Shown piece after piece: positions 25,849-33,811 of a stretch of DNA of 64,000 nt. The stretch's first letter is position 1, and each line of letters starts with the position of its first letter. Below the pieces are notes generated by a model. It was not told where the DNA came from, did no database searches, and was given only the letters and a program-made list of their open reading frames with translations. The position numbers were made by a program, and so were the translations under genes. Source of the DNA: a virus; IMG/VR virus record IMGVR_UViG_3300032334_001128, positions 1 to 64,000 of that record; one strand, written 5' to 3'.

Positions 25849-26085
25849 ATGACTCACGCTGTTTATCTAAGAGACGATGTATTTGGAGATGTAATCGAAG
25901 CTTTATGGTTCTGTTCGGATCCTTGTGCTAGAACTCACCCTGAGTATCAGGGCTGGAACGGTTGCCAAGAAAACTACTCGCAACCAAACTGCCAGAACGA
26001 AATGTGTAAAGAAGCCTTGAGTTGGTATTGCGAAGATGAGCAAATCTGGTATATTGGAGATACACCACAAGAGAAAGCGAACTAA
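25849..26085 (+). CDS. Cys-containing hypothetical protein
   Basis: promoter TTGCGA-18-TAAACT at 25790-25819; AAAGGAG RBS. Confidence 0.7.
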   Translation: MTHAVYLRDDVFGDVIEALWFCSDPCARTHPEYQGWNGCQENYSQPNCQNEMCKEALSWYCEDEQIWYIGDTPQEKAN

Positions 26086-26246
26086 TGGAAATCATTGACC
26101 AAATCCTAAAAAACTTAGTCAAGTCTGGCAGAGTTGATAAAGAAGATAACGCTTATGCGTATCTTGCTGGAATGGCTTTCGCTGTTCTTACAGAAGAACA
26201 GCAACAAGAAATCTTAGCGATTACTGAAAAGGAGTATGAGCATTGA
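26085..26246 (+). CDS. small hypothetical protein
   Basis: TAATG coupling; 53 aa. Confidence 0.6.
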   Translation: MEIIDQILKNLVKSGRVDKEDNAYAYLAGMAFAVLTEEQQQEILAITEKEYEH

Positions 26247-26428
26247 GCAAGTATGTAAAACACCTAACTAATGACGAACTGCTAGAACGCTTGGCAGATG
26301 AGTTAGCAACTATGCACAAGGAAACCTACATTGAGTTAGGTTCTTGGGAAACTGCCAGAGAGTTAGTAGAGCGTTTCTACGAAGTAAATACCGAAGTGAC
26401 TGTTGGCAGAAAAAAGGAACAGAGATGA
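26243..26428 (+). CDS. hypothetical protein
   Basis: TTG start overlapping the upstream stop; AAGGAG RBS. Confidence 0.6.
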   Translation: MSKYVKHLTNDELLERLADELATMHKETYIELGSWETARELVERFYEVNTEVTVGRKKEQR

Positions 26429-26574
26429 ATAAACTAAACCACATTCTATCTATGCTCTCCGGTGAAAGTCAGATCGATGTGTTTCTTCTTGCCGAAGATG
26501 AAGCTTTGGTTGAGATGATTACGAGTGGAACTGATTACGCTGAACTGCTAGACTATCTAAACGATAATTACTAG
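26425..26574 (+). CDS. hypothetical protein
   Basis: ATGA overlap; AAAGGAA RBS. Confidence 0.65.
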   Translation: MNKLNHILSMLSGESQIDVFLLAEDEALVEMITSGTDYAELLDYLNDNY

Positions 26575-26585
26575 GAAAGGAAATT

Positions 26586-26792
26586 ATGTTTAGGAAATAC
26601 TATGTCTATATTTTTGATTGCGTTCATTGTGCCAAGTTCTACGGAGAGCAATCTCTAACTAGAACTGGTGAATTGCTTTGTCCGTCTTGTGGAGCAGAGC
26701 AGTGGAAAGAAAGCGATTATGTTGAGAAGATGAGAGTGAAGCGTAAGCCTAAACCCTTTGACCCCTTGATTGCTTTTGCCGATTACATCTAA
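26586..26792 (+). CDS. zinc-ribbon protein
   Basis: CVHC and CPSC motifs; GGAAAGGAAA RBS. Confidence 0.7.
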   Translation: MFRKYYVYIFDCVHCAKFYGEQSLTRTGELLCPSCGAEQWKESDYVEKMRVKRKPKPFDPLIAFADYI

Positions 26793-27017
26793 TCATTCTT
26801 CACAAAGCTTCCCCGGTGATCACTAGATCGCCGGGGATCTTTATACCTGGATCAGATCAGATCCGGATCAGTTGATCAAGCCGGATCGGATCTTGCCTGG
26901 CCGGTGCAGCTAGATCCGGAATGATCTCTCCGGAAGGATCTCCCGAAACACCTTACGAAATCTTGACAAGACACGCCTAACTGATAAACTGGAACTACCA
27001 TTCGGGAAAGGAATGAA

Positions 27018-27185
27018 ATGAACAAGGCGAATAAGGCAAGGCGTAATGCCGAAGCGTTAGCGTTAGAGATTATCTTGCGTGAGCGTTCACGCTCTAACGC
27101 TTCTGGCGTTCACGCCAACAAGGCAGACAAGCGAGCAAGAACTCGCAAGGCTAGACTAAACAAGGCGATAAGAGAGTGGAACTAA
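27018..27185 (+). CDS. small Arg/Lys-rich basic protein
   Basis: GGAAAGGAA RBS; RSRSNASGVHANKADKRARTR. Confidence 0.6.
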   Translation: MNKANKARRNAEALALEIILRERSRSNASGVHANKADKRARTRKARLNKAIREWN

Positions 27186-27304
27186 TGACTAAAAGAGAAC
27201 TAACACCTGAGCAAGCTAAGGCCAAGCGTGCTGATGAGATTGCTTGCCGAGTATCTCTAAGCTTGTTTGTAATCTTTATGCTTATCCAAGTATTTACTAG
27301 ATAA
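27185..27304 (+). CDS. 39-aa membrane peptide
   Basis: TAATG coupling; C-terminal hydrophobic helix. Confidence 0.5.
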   Translation: MTKRELTPEQAKAKRADEIACRVSLSLFVIFMLIQVFTR

Positions 27305-27333
27305 AAACGGATCCAAATTTATTTCTAATTTCG

Positions 27334-27359
27334 GGAATAAATCTGTTAGAGTTTGAGTT
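27334..27359 (+). promoter_or_regulatory. sigmaR/sigmaH-type promoter
   Basis: GGAAT-N18-GTT. Confidence 0.65.
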
Positions 27360-27381
27360 GTTATTACTGAAAGGAATAAAA

Positions 27382-27906
27382 ATGACCAACTATGAAAAGT
27401 CTTATGACGAAGCCAAAACTAAGAAGTTCACCAAGCCTGAACTTTGGAGTGAAATCTTACCTAACCTATGGCTAGGTGGAACTGACGATAATGACCGAGT
27501 TGGTGATAAGCATTGCGAGTTTGATAGACAAGACATCTCTATCAAGCCACGACACTTTGATAGTGTCTATACCTTTTATGCTCACGCTAATCCTGTTGAT
27601 TGGCTAGTGAAAGAGTTTAGATACGGCTACTTTGATAGTGCTGATACTGACTTTGATAAGTCAGCGTTTATGCGTATCGCTTACAACATCTTTACTGATT
27701 GGAAGTCTGGCGATAAAGTGTTGGTGCGTTGCCAAGCAGGTCTAAATAGGTCTGGCTTACTTATGGCGATAGTGCTAATGCTTGACGGCTACGAAATCCA
27801 AGAAGCGATTGACCTTATGCGTGAGAAGCGACACGAACTAGTGCTGTTCAACCCTAACTTTGTTGAGTGGTTGAGAAACCTAGACATTACCAACCCTAGT
27901 TGGTAG
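27382..27906 (+). CDS. dual-specificity protein phosphatase (Cx5R)
   Basis: VLVRCQAGLNRSG P-loop; ILPNLWLGG. Confidence 0.85.
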   Translation: MTNYEKSYDEAKTKKFTKPELWSEILPNLWLGGTDDNDRVGDKHCEFDRQDISIKPRHFDSVYTFYAHANPVDWLVKEFRYGYFDSADTDFDKSAFMRIAYNIFTDWKSGDKVLVRCQAGLNRSGLLMAIVLMLDGYEIQEAIDLMREKRHELVLFNPNFVEWLRNLDITNPSW

Positions 27907-28067
27907 TGTCTAGGGTTGAGGCCGAAGCTTGGAGATCACTAGATAAGATCACACCGGGCCGGCCGGGGGATCCAATTGGATCTACAAACACGCTAATAAA
28001 TAGAGTTGCGAATTATTTGTTTGTGTGGTTAGATTGACTTATTCCCGATTAGAAAAGGAGAAATAAA

Positions 28068-28298
28068 ATGGGAAAGAAGAAACTAGATACTTGGGCGTGG
28101 TTTGTTGCTCAGTATGAAAGTCAGGGCTACAAGTCTCTAAATCAGTTCGCAATCGCAACGGGCTTACAGAAGTCTAGCCTGAGTAGGTATTTCCACAATC
28201 AGCGACACATTCCGTCAAACACACTTGCTACGCTCTGCCGAGAGTTGCGTGTCTCACCTTACGAGTTGCTAACTGCTATTGGTGAGAAAGTTTCATAA
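28068..28298 (+). CDS. XRE-family HTH protein
   Basis: SLNQFAIATGLQKSSLSRYF...PSxxTLxxLCxxL; promoter TTGCGA-18-TAGATT at 28006-28035. Confidence 0.75.
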   Translation: MGKKKLDTWAWFVAQYESQGYKSLNQFAIATGLQKSSLSRYFHNQRHIPSNTLATLCRELRVSPYELLTAIGEKVS

Positions 28299-28382
28299 GC
28301 CAATCTCATAGAAAGAGATAACACCTGAGCAAGTGTTCTAAACTGCTCACTTACCGATAGACTTACAACATAAGGAGTTCTA

Positions 28383-28487
28383 ATGAAAAAGAAGCTTGCT
28401 AAAAGTTTGCTAAGTCTTAGTGGTGCTCTAATGGGTATTGCTCATAGATTATCTTGGACTGCTCATAACCTAAACACTAAAAAATAA
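28383..28487 (+). CDS. 34-aa basic peptide
   Basis: AAGGAG RBS. Confidence 0.45.
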   Translation: MKKKLAKSLLSLSGALMGIAHRLSWTAHNLNTKK

Positions 28488-28500
28488 AGGAACAGATCTA

Positions 28501-28629
28501 ATGACTGATAAAAATAAATCTAAGCTAGCTAAAAAAGAAAGCTGGTCTTGTATGCTGTGTGGAGCTACTACAACGGATCCAACACAAGCTCTAATCACTT
28601 ATTTCCACTGGCCTTGCCCTAAAAGGTAA
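28501..28629 (+). CDS. 42-aa Cys/His peptide
   Basis: AAAGGAA RBS; CMLC...HWPC. Confidence 0.5.
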   Translation: MTDKNKSKLAKKESWSCMLCGATTTDPTQALITYFHWPCPKR

Positions 28630-28712
28630 TAAAAGAAACACCGAATAAATACTTGTGTATTTGTTCCCTTGTGGTATAAACTGGACTTATCTCTCGGAAA
28701 GGAGATTAGGAA

Positions 28713-28916
28713 ATGAAGTTCTTTGTTCGTAGATTACTTGCTGGTGTTGTTATCGTTCCACTTACGGCAGTTGCTTATGTTCTTGTCTGTGCTTTGCTTA
28801 TCGGTCTTGGTGCTGGGCAGAATGAATCGGTTGCTGGGTATTTCGGTATTGGTCTATGGTTTGGTGTAGGCTTGACCTTAGTGTTTGCTTTTGACGCTCT
28901 TAGGAAGGTGAAGTAA
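28713..28916 (+). CDS. two-TM membrane protein
   Basis: promoter TTGTGT-18-TAAACT at 28653-28682; hydrophobic helices. Confidence 0.7.
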   Translation: MKFFVRRLLAGVVIVPLTAVAYVLVCALLIGLGAGQNESVAGYFGIGLWFGVGLTLVFAFDALRKVK

Positions 28917-29101
28917 TGAAGTTCTTGTTGATGTTCTTGGCTGTCTGGTCTATTGTTGCTGGTATTTATTATGGTGAAGTAGAAGGACACTTTGTATCCT
29001 TGATGATTGGTCTATCTCTTGGTGCTTTACTGATGTTTGGTGCTTTGGTTCTTGCGATTAGTGAGTTGCCACGATTCATTAGGCGTAGGAATAGACGCTA
29101 A
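28916..29101 (+). CDS. two-TM membrane protein with basic tail
   Basis: TAATG coupling; terminator at 29114-29145. Confidence 0.7.
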   Translation: MKFLLMFLAVWSIVAGIYYGEVEGHFVSLMIGLSLGALLMFGALVLAISELPRFIRRRNRR

Positions 29102-29162
29102 CCTGTTTTACTAAACACCCCTAGGAAACTAGGGGTGTTTTTTATAGTGGTATCCTTGACTT

Positions 29163-29315
29163 ATGATCGAAATAATTATTTATATTCTTTTAGCTATAAC
29201 TGGGCTGTTTATTTTTTACATAGCTGCCCTGCTACCTATAGCTAAGCTCATCTACACATACGGAGAGTCTAAAGACGATTGGTATTCGCATTATGAGGAA
29301 GAAGCATTAGATTGA
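29163..29315 (+). CDS. small membrane protein
   Basis: 50 aa with an N-terminal TM helix. Confidence 0.5.
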   Translation: MIEIIIYILLAITGLFIFYIAALLPIAKLIYTYGESKDDWYSHYEEEALD

Positions 29316-29475
29316 TGGAGATTGCTGGTTTAGTATTGATCCTTGTATTCCTGGCCGGATTGACTGCCGGGATCTCATATTTGATCTTGTTCGTGTATGC
29401 TAATCGAGTGATCCGGAATAATGATCCGGATCCACAAACTCTACTCGGAGTAGTATCTCCGAAGAAAGAAGACTA

Positions 29476-29637
29476 ATGTCTAGTTGGCTTATTCGTTTGC
29501 GTGATCTAGTTTGGCCGGCGATCATCTCTGTGATCCTGGTATCTGCTTCTGTGATCGTTGCGTTCTTTGCTCCACCTATCGCCGTAGTTCTAGGACTCGG
29601 TGGTATCTCATTCGCTCTATTAGCTCAGCGTGCTTAG
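29476..29637 (+). CDS. two-TM membrane peptide (possible holin-like)
   Basis: 53 aa, two hydrophobic segments, upstream of a PG-binding protein. Confidence 0.55.
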   Translation: MSSWLIRLRDLVWPAIISVILVSASVIVAFFAPPIAVVLGLGGISFALLAQRA

Positions 29638-29658
29638 CTGAGAGATTGGTAATAAATT

Positions 29659-30225
29659 ATGTCAAGTAAGAAATCAAATGGATCTGATGATCTAGATCCG
29701 ATCGTAGATCAAGATCAGGATCTAGAAGTTGATCAGATTGTAGATCCGGAGCCGATCGTTGATCAGGATCCGATCGTAGATCCGGTTGTTGATCAGGATC
29801 CGGTTGTTGATCAGGTTGTAGATCCGATCGTAGATCCGGAGCCGATCGTTGTAGCCCCGATCATTGAGATCACTGATGGTGGAATGATCCCGATCCCTTC
29901 TCGCCCGATCGTTCCTCAGGAAGTAACTCCGGCTGGCCCGGCTGTTGTTGGGTTTGGAGTCTTTGATGAAGTGTTCCTGGACAAGTGTATCTACAAGAAT
30001 GTATACAATCGTAAGTCGCTAACGATCCACCACTTACAACGGAGATTGTATGAGCTAGGGTACATCGTAGCTCTAAAGGACAAGGATGGGTATTACGGGG
30101 ATCTAACTAGATCAGCTGTAGCTCAGTTCCAGGCAGATCGTAATCTAGCTGGGGATGGCCTTATGACTGCTGAAGCCTTTGAGCTCATCTTTGCTAACGA
30201 TCCGAATGTGAAAGTCGTTCTATAG
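29659..30225 (+). CDS. peptidoglycan-binding domain protein with a GATC-encoded D/P/V/Q low-complexity N-terminus
   Basis: IHHLQRRLYELGY...DGYYGDLTRSAVAQFQ...DGLM PG_binding_1 pattern. Confidence 0.75.
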   Translation: MSSKKSNGSDDLDPIVDQDQDLEVDQIVDPEPIVDQDPIVDPVVDQDPVVDQVVDPIVDPEPIVVAPIIEITDGGMIPIPSRPIVPQEVTPAGPAVVGFGVFDEVFLDKCIYKNVYNRKSLTIHHLQRRLYELGYIVALKDKDGYYGDLTRSAVAQFQADRNLAGDGLMTAEAFELIFANDPNVKVVL

Positions 30226-30324
30226 ATCGTTGTTCGCTGTTGAGAGATGCCAATCTGTTATACGGGTTGGCATTTCTCGTTATTATCCTGTAATGTTGGG
30301 AAAAGACAAGACAAAGGAGAAATT

Positions 30325-30903
30325 ATGTCTAATTATGTAAAGCAGAACCACGAACTACCTAGTGAAGTGCTAGATAGTGCCAAATCTATTCCATCTCGGG
30401 ATAAGCAGACTAGAAACGCTTATGTAAAGGCTCTAAGAGAGCAAGGGTGGACATTTGAGAGCATTAGCGTAGCATTTGGTATGACTAGGGAGAGAGTTCG
30501 TCAAATTGCCATTATGGAGAGCAATACGGACATTGTGAAGGACTATCCACTACCTTTACCACCATTGGCTCCCGAAGTAGTGAAAGTGAAGCGTGAGCTC
30601 ATCTTGCCTAGCGACAAGGTGCTTAGTCGCTTACTAGAACTACAACCACTAGCACAACAGGTGCGTTCCAATAGCAAGAAGTATCGTAGTGAAGCAGAAG
30701 AATACTCACACTTACTAAATCACGCTATCGAAGTAGAAGGTGTATCAACTTATCGGTTAGCCAAACTACTAGGTATCACTCACGGGGCTATTCGTTTCCG
30801 TCTTGCTAGATACGGCTATAAGCCTGAAACGGCAGGTAAGAGTTCTGTTTACTCTGCTATTCTGGATAAGAATAGAGTGGGTATCACTACCACCATTGAG
30901 TAA
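30325..30903 (+). CDS. double-HTH DNA-binding protein, possible terminase small subunit
   Basis: sigma70-r4-like WTFESISVAFGMTRERVRQI and a second HTH STYRLAKLLGITHGAIRFRL; immediately upstream of TerL. Confidence 0.6.
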   Translation: MSNYVKQNHELPSEVLDSAKSIPSRDKQTRNAYVKALREQGWTFESISVAFGMTRERVRQIAIMESNTDIVKDYPLPLPPLAPEVVKVKRELILPSDKVLSRLLELQPLAQQVRSNSKKYRSEAEEYSHLLNHAIEVEGVSTYRLAKLLGITHGAIRFRLARYGYKPETAGKSSVYSAILDKNRVGITTTIE

Positions 30904-30915
30904 TTAGGAGTGTAA

Positions 30916-32325
30916 GTGGCTAAATCACTTATGGAACAGATCGCTTTACTACCACCTGAAGAACAAGCAAGAGTATTAGCTGGAATGGATCCGGAGACTC
31001 TTATGTGGGACTGGTCTGCTTGGGGTAGACCTGAGCAACAAGCTCCCGTAGGTGATTGGAACATCTGGGCTTACATCGCTGGTCGTGGTGCTGGTAAGAC
31101 TAGGACTGCTGCTGAGTGGGTTCGTGAAGAAGCGAAATACACTACAACAGGACAACGACGCTTTGCTTTGGTAGCAAGAACAGCAGCCGATGTACGAGAT
31201 GTGATCGTAGAAGGTGAGTCAGGAATTATGAATGTGACTCCCCCTAGTGAAAGGCCACTATACGAACCATCTAAGCGTAGGTTGACCTGGCCTAACGGAA
31301 ATGTCGCTACTTGCTTTACAGCAGACGAACCAGACTCTCTCCGTGGACCTCAGTTCACTCACGCCTGGGGAGATGAGATTGCTGCCTGGCGACAGACACC
31401 AGACGCAGCTGGTATGACTGCTTTTGATAACTTGCGTGTTGGAACTCGTCTTGGTGCTACTCCTAAGATTATGGTCACTACCACACCGAAGCGTGTTCCA
31501 CTTTTGTATAAGTTGATCGAAGAAGCGAAGACAGGTCGAGTAGTGATCACTCGTGGATCTACTATGGATAACTCGGGGAACCTATCTGTTGCTTATCTAG
31601 ACGCTATTACTGGTGTTTATGCTGGAACTCGCCTAGCTCAGCAAGAAATCTATGGTGAGATGCTAGACAGCGTAGAAGGTGCTTTGTGGACAGAAGAACT
31701 GATTGAGCAACATAGACAAGGTGCTATGCCATTAGGGACTCCACTAAGAGTGATCGGTGTTGACCCTAGCGTTGCTGAGAACCCTAGAGATGAATGTGGG
31801 ATCGTTGTATGTGCTTCTACCTCTGAGCGTGATCTGTATAAGCGACACGCTTGGGTATTAGAAGACGCTAGCGTTCACGGATCTCCGGATGTTTGGGCTA
31901 ACAAGGTTGTTGAGATGGCTCGTAAGTGGGGATGTCCTGTAGTAGCTGAAGTAAACCAAGGTGGAGCATTGGTAAAGAATGCGATCCACACTATCGATCC
32001 AAACATTACTGTATTAGAAGTTCATTCTAAGTATGGTAAAGCTCTTAGAGCTGAACCTGTTACATTGGCTTATGAGCAGGGTAGAGTTCACCATTTAGGT
32101 TATCTCGGATCCTTAGAGAGCCAGATGTATTCCTGGATCCCTGGAGAAGGTAAATCTCCCGATCGTGTTGACGCATTAGTTCACGCTCTCACTGCTCTAA
32201 TGATCAAGCCTCCGTCTGGCTTTACTGGGGGAAAGATTACAGCTCGATCCGTGGCCGGAAGAAAGATCCCTAATGTTCGTGGTAATGACGCAACTGGATC
32301 TAGGGGAATCTTTAGAGTTAGATAA
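30916..32325 (+). CDS. terL: terminase large subunit
   Basis: AGRGAGKT Walker A, SLRGPQ, WGDE Walker B, GVDP RNase H-like nuclease, SPDRVDA. Confidence 0.93.
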   Translation: MAKSLMEQIALLPPEEQARVLAGMDPETLMWDWSAWGRPEQQAPVGDWNIWAYIAGRGAGKTRTAAEWVREEAKYTTTGQRRFALVARTAADVRDVIVEGESGIMNVTPPSERPLYEPSKRRLTWPNGNVATCFTADEPDSLRGPQFTHAWGDEIAAWRQTPDAAGMTAFDNLRVGTRLGATPKIMVTTTPKRVPLLYKLIEEAKTGRVVITRGSTMDNSGNLSVAYLDAITGVYAGTRLAQQEIYGEMLDSVEGALWTEELIEQHRQGAMPLGTPLRVIGVDPSVAENPRDECGIVVCASTSERDLYKRHAWVLEDASVHGSPDVWANKVVEMARKWGCPVVAEVNQGGALVKNAIHTIDPNITVLEVHSKYGKALRAEPVTLAYEQGRVHHLGYLGSLESQMYSWIPGEGKSPDRVDALVHALTALMIKPPSGFTGGKITARSVAGRKIPNVRGNDATGSRGIFRVR

Positions 32326-32332
32326 TTATTTG

Positions 32333-32358
32333 GGAATAAATCCCTTGCTTTGTCGGTT
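32333..32358 (+). promoter_or_regulatory. sigmaR/sigmaH-type promoter
   Basis: GGAAT-N18-GTT. Confidence 0.65.
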
Positions 32359-32401
32359 GTATGTAGTAGAGTGTAATCAACTACTACGAAAGGCTCTAAC
32401 T

Positions 32402-32527
32402 ATGGACGCTTCTAACCTTTACTATGGCGACGAAACCCTAGACGATTGTACCCGTGAAGAATACGACGCTTGGGTAAATCGTCCTGAAGTTTGGGACGAC
32501 AACTGGGACAAGAAGGAAACTGACTAA
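32402..32527 (+). CDS. 41-aa acidic peptide
   Basis: ACGAAAGG RBS before ATG 32402. Confidence 0.6.
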   Translation: MDASNLYYGDETLDDCTREEYDAWVNRPEVWDDNWDKKETD

Positions 32528-32751
32528 TGGCAACTACTAACCCTTACACCAACTACTCGGCCGAAGCTTTGGGCTATGCTCTGGAAGCAGCAAATCGCAA
32601 GGTATCACTTGGCGACACTAGCGAAGACTTGCTCACTATGATTGAGCAGATGGGCGAAGCTTTAGAACAGAAGCAGGGGACGGATAGGTGCCAACACGGC
32701 GTCTATCTTTATGGTGATGTGTCCCCGTCTTGTTGGGAATGTGAAGCCTAG
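32527..32751 (+). CDS. hypothetical protein
   Basis: TAATG coupling; terminator at 32762-32800. Confidence 0.7.
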   Translation: MATTNPYTNYSAEALGYALEAANRKVSLGDTSEDLLTMIEQMGEALEQKQGTDRCQHGVYLYGDVSPSCWECEA

Positions 32752-32868
32752 TAATCTCTTAATAAATAATCCCTTATCAAGCTGGTAAGGGATTATTTAT
32801 TATGCTGATCGGTTGCTTCTATGATCATTACCAGGCTAAAAATAGATCCAAAATAAATAAAAAATCTG

Positions 32869-32894
32869 GGAATAAATACCTTGCCTGATTGGTT
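32869..32894 (+). promoter_or_regulatory. sigmaR/sigmaH-type promoter
   Basis: GGAAT-N18-GTT. Confidence 0.65.
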
Positions 32895-32936
32895 ATTTAT
32901 AGTAAGATGAAATCACCACTCCGGAAAGGAACCCTA

Positions 32937-33284
32937 ATGAACCTAGAACACGCACAACTTTTTGAGTTTATTTGTGATGACGCTAGTTATGGTGGCATTG
33001 GCTACTGGGCTAGTTTGGCTGATAATAACCCTGAGAAGCAGACCTACTCTGTGGAAGTAAGACCTGAATACAGAGATGATGAAATCAAGGACAAGGTGCT
33101 AACTTACCAAGACCTTTATGACGCTTGCGAGAAGTTAGCCACTGGTAAGGTGTCTGTAAATAGCAACACCAAGAAAGTCTGCCAACAGATTATTCTTGAC
33201 CCTACTGATGATGTAGATTATGACGCAGAAGACGCAGACTGTATTGTCCAAGTTGCTATGTTCGGTGAAATCCTATTTGGCTAA
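32937..33284 (+). CDS. conserved phage hypothetical protein
   Basis: GGAAAGGAA RBS; GIGYWA...DAEDADCIVQVAMFGEILFG; terminator at 33300-33340. Confidence 0.75.
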   Translation: MNLEHAQLFEFICDDASYGGIGYWASLADNNPEKQTYSVEVRPEYRDDEIKDKVLTYQDLYDACEKLATGKVSVNSNTKKVCQQIILDPTDDVDYDAEDADCIVQVAMFGEILFG

Positions 33285-33346
33285 TCACTAATCTCTAATA
33301 AGTAATCCCTTGCTGAGCTAGCAGGGGATTATTTATTTATACGGAT

Positions 33347-33806
33347 GATCATTGCTACTGATCATTGATCATTGATCATACGGATCCGATCATTTGATCT
33401 GATCATTTGATCTGATCATTGATCATAGGCAGATCCGATCATATACGGTGATCCTGATCCATAGATCATTGCTGCTTAGATCCATTTGTGATCATTGATC
33501 TTGATCTGATCTTATACGGTGATCTGATCTGATCTGATCATAAGTTTTGATCTAGATCTGATCTGCCGATCTATTACGGCTATACGGTTGATCATTTGTC
33601 CCTGATCGTTGCTTTGATCATTGATCTTGATCTGATCATTATTAGATCAGCTGATCTAATTATTTTTTATTCGTTAGATCATTTGATCATTGCTTTTTTA
33701 TTTTTATTTGATCGTGATCAATAAGACGGAGCCTCTATCTAATGATCATTGCCTATCACTAATGATCAATACCCCCCTGTCCTTTATCAAGTGGAATACG
33801 GTGATC
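33347..33806. repeat. GATC-dense array (about 44 GATC, mostly TGATCA/TGATCT)
   Basis: hand count; non-coding. Confidence 0.9.
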
Positions 33807-33811
33807 ATTTA

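Noticed and set aside
29313-29476. Hydrophobic reading frame following the TGA at 29313 without a proper start (possible readthrough or frameshift)
   Set aside because: One extra G in ATGGGAG would explain it; a sequencing error or pseudogene cannot be told from recoding without reads, and all other genes use standard stops.
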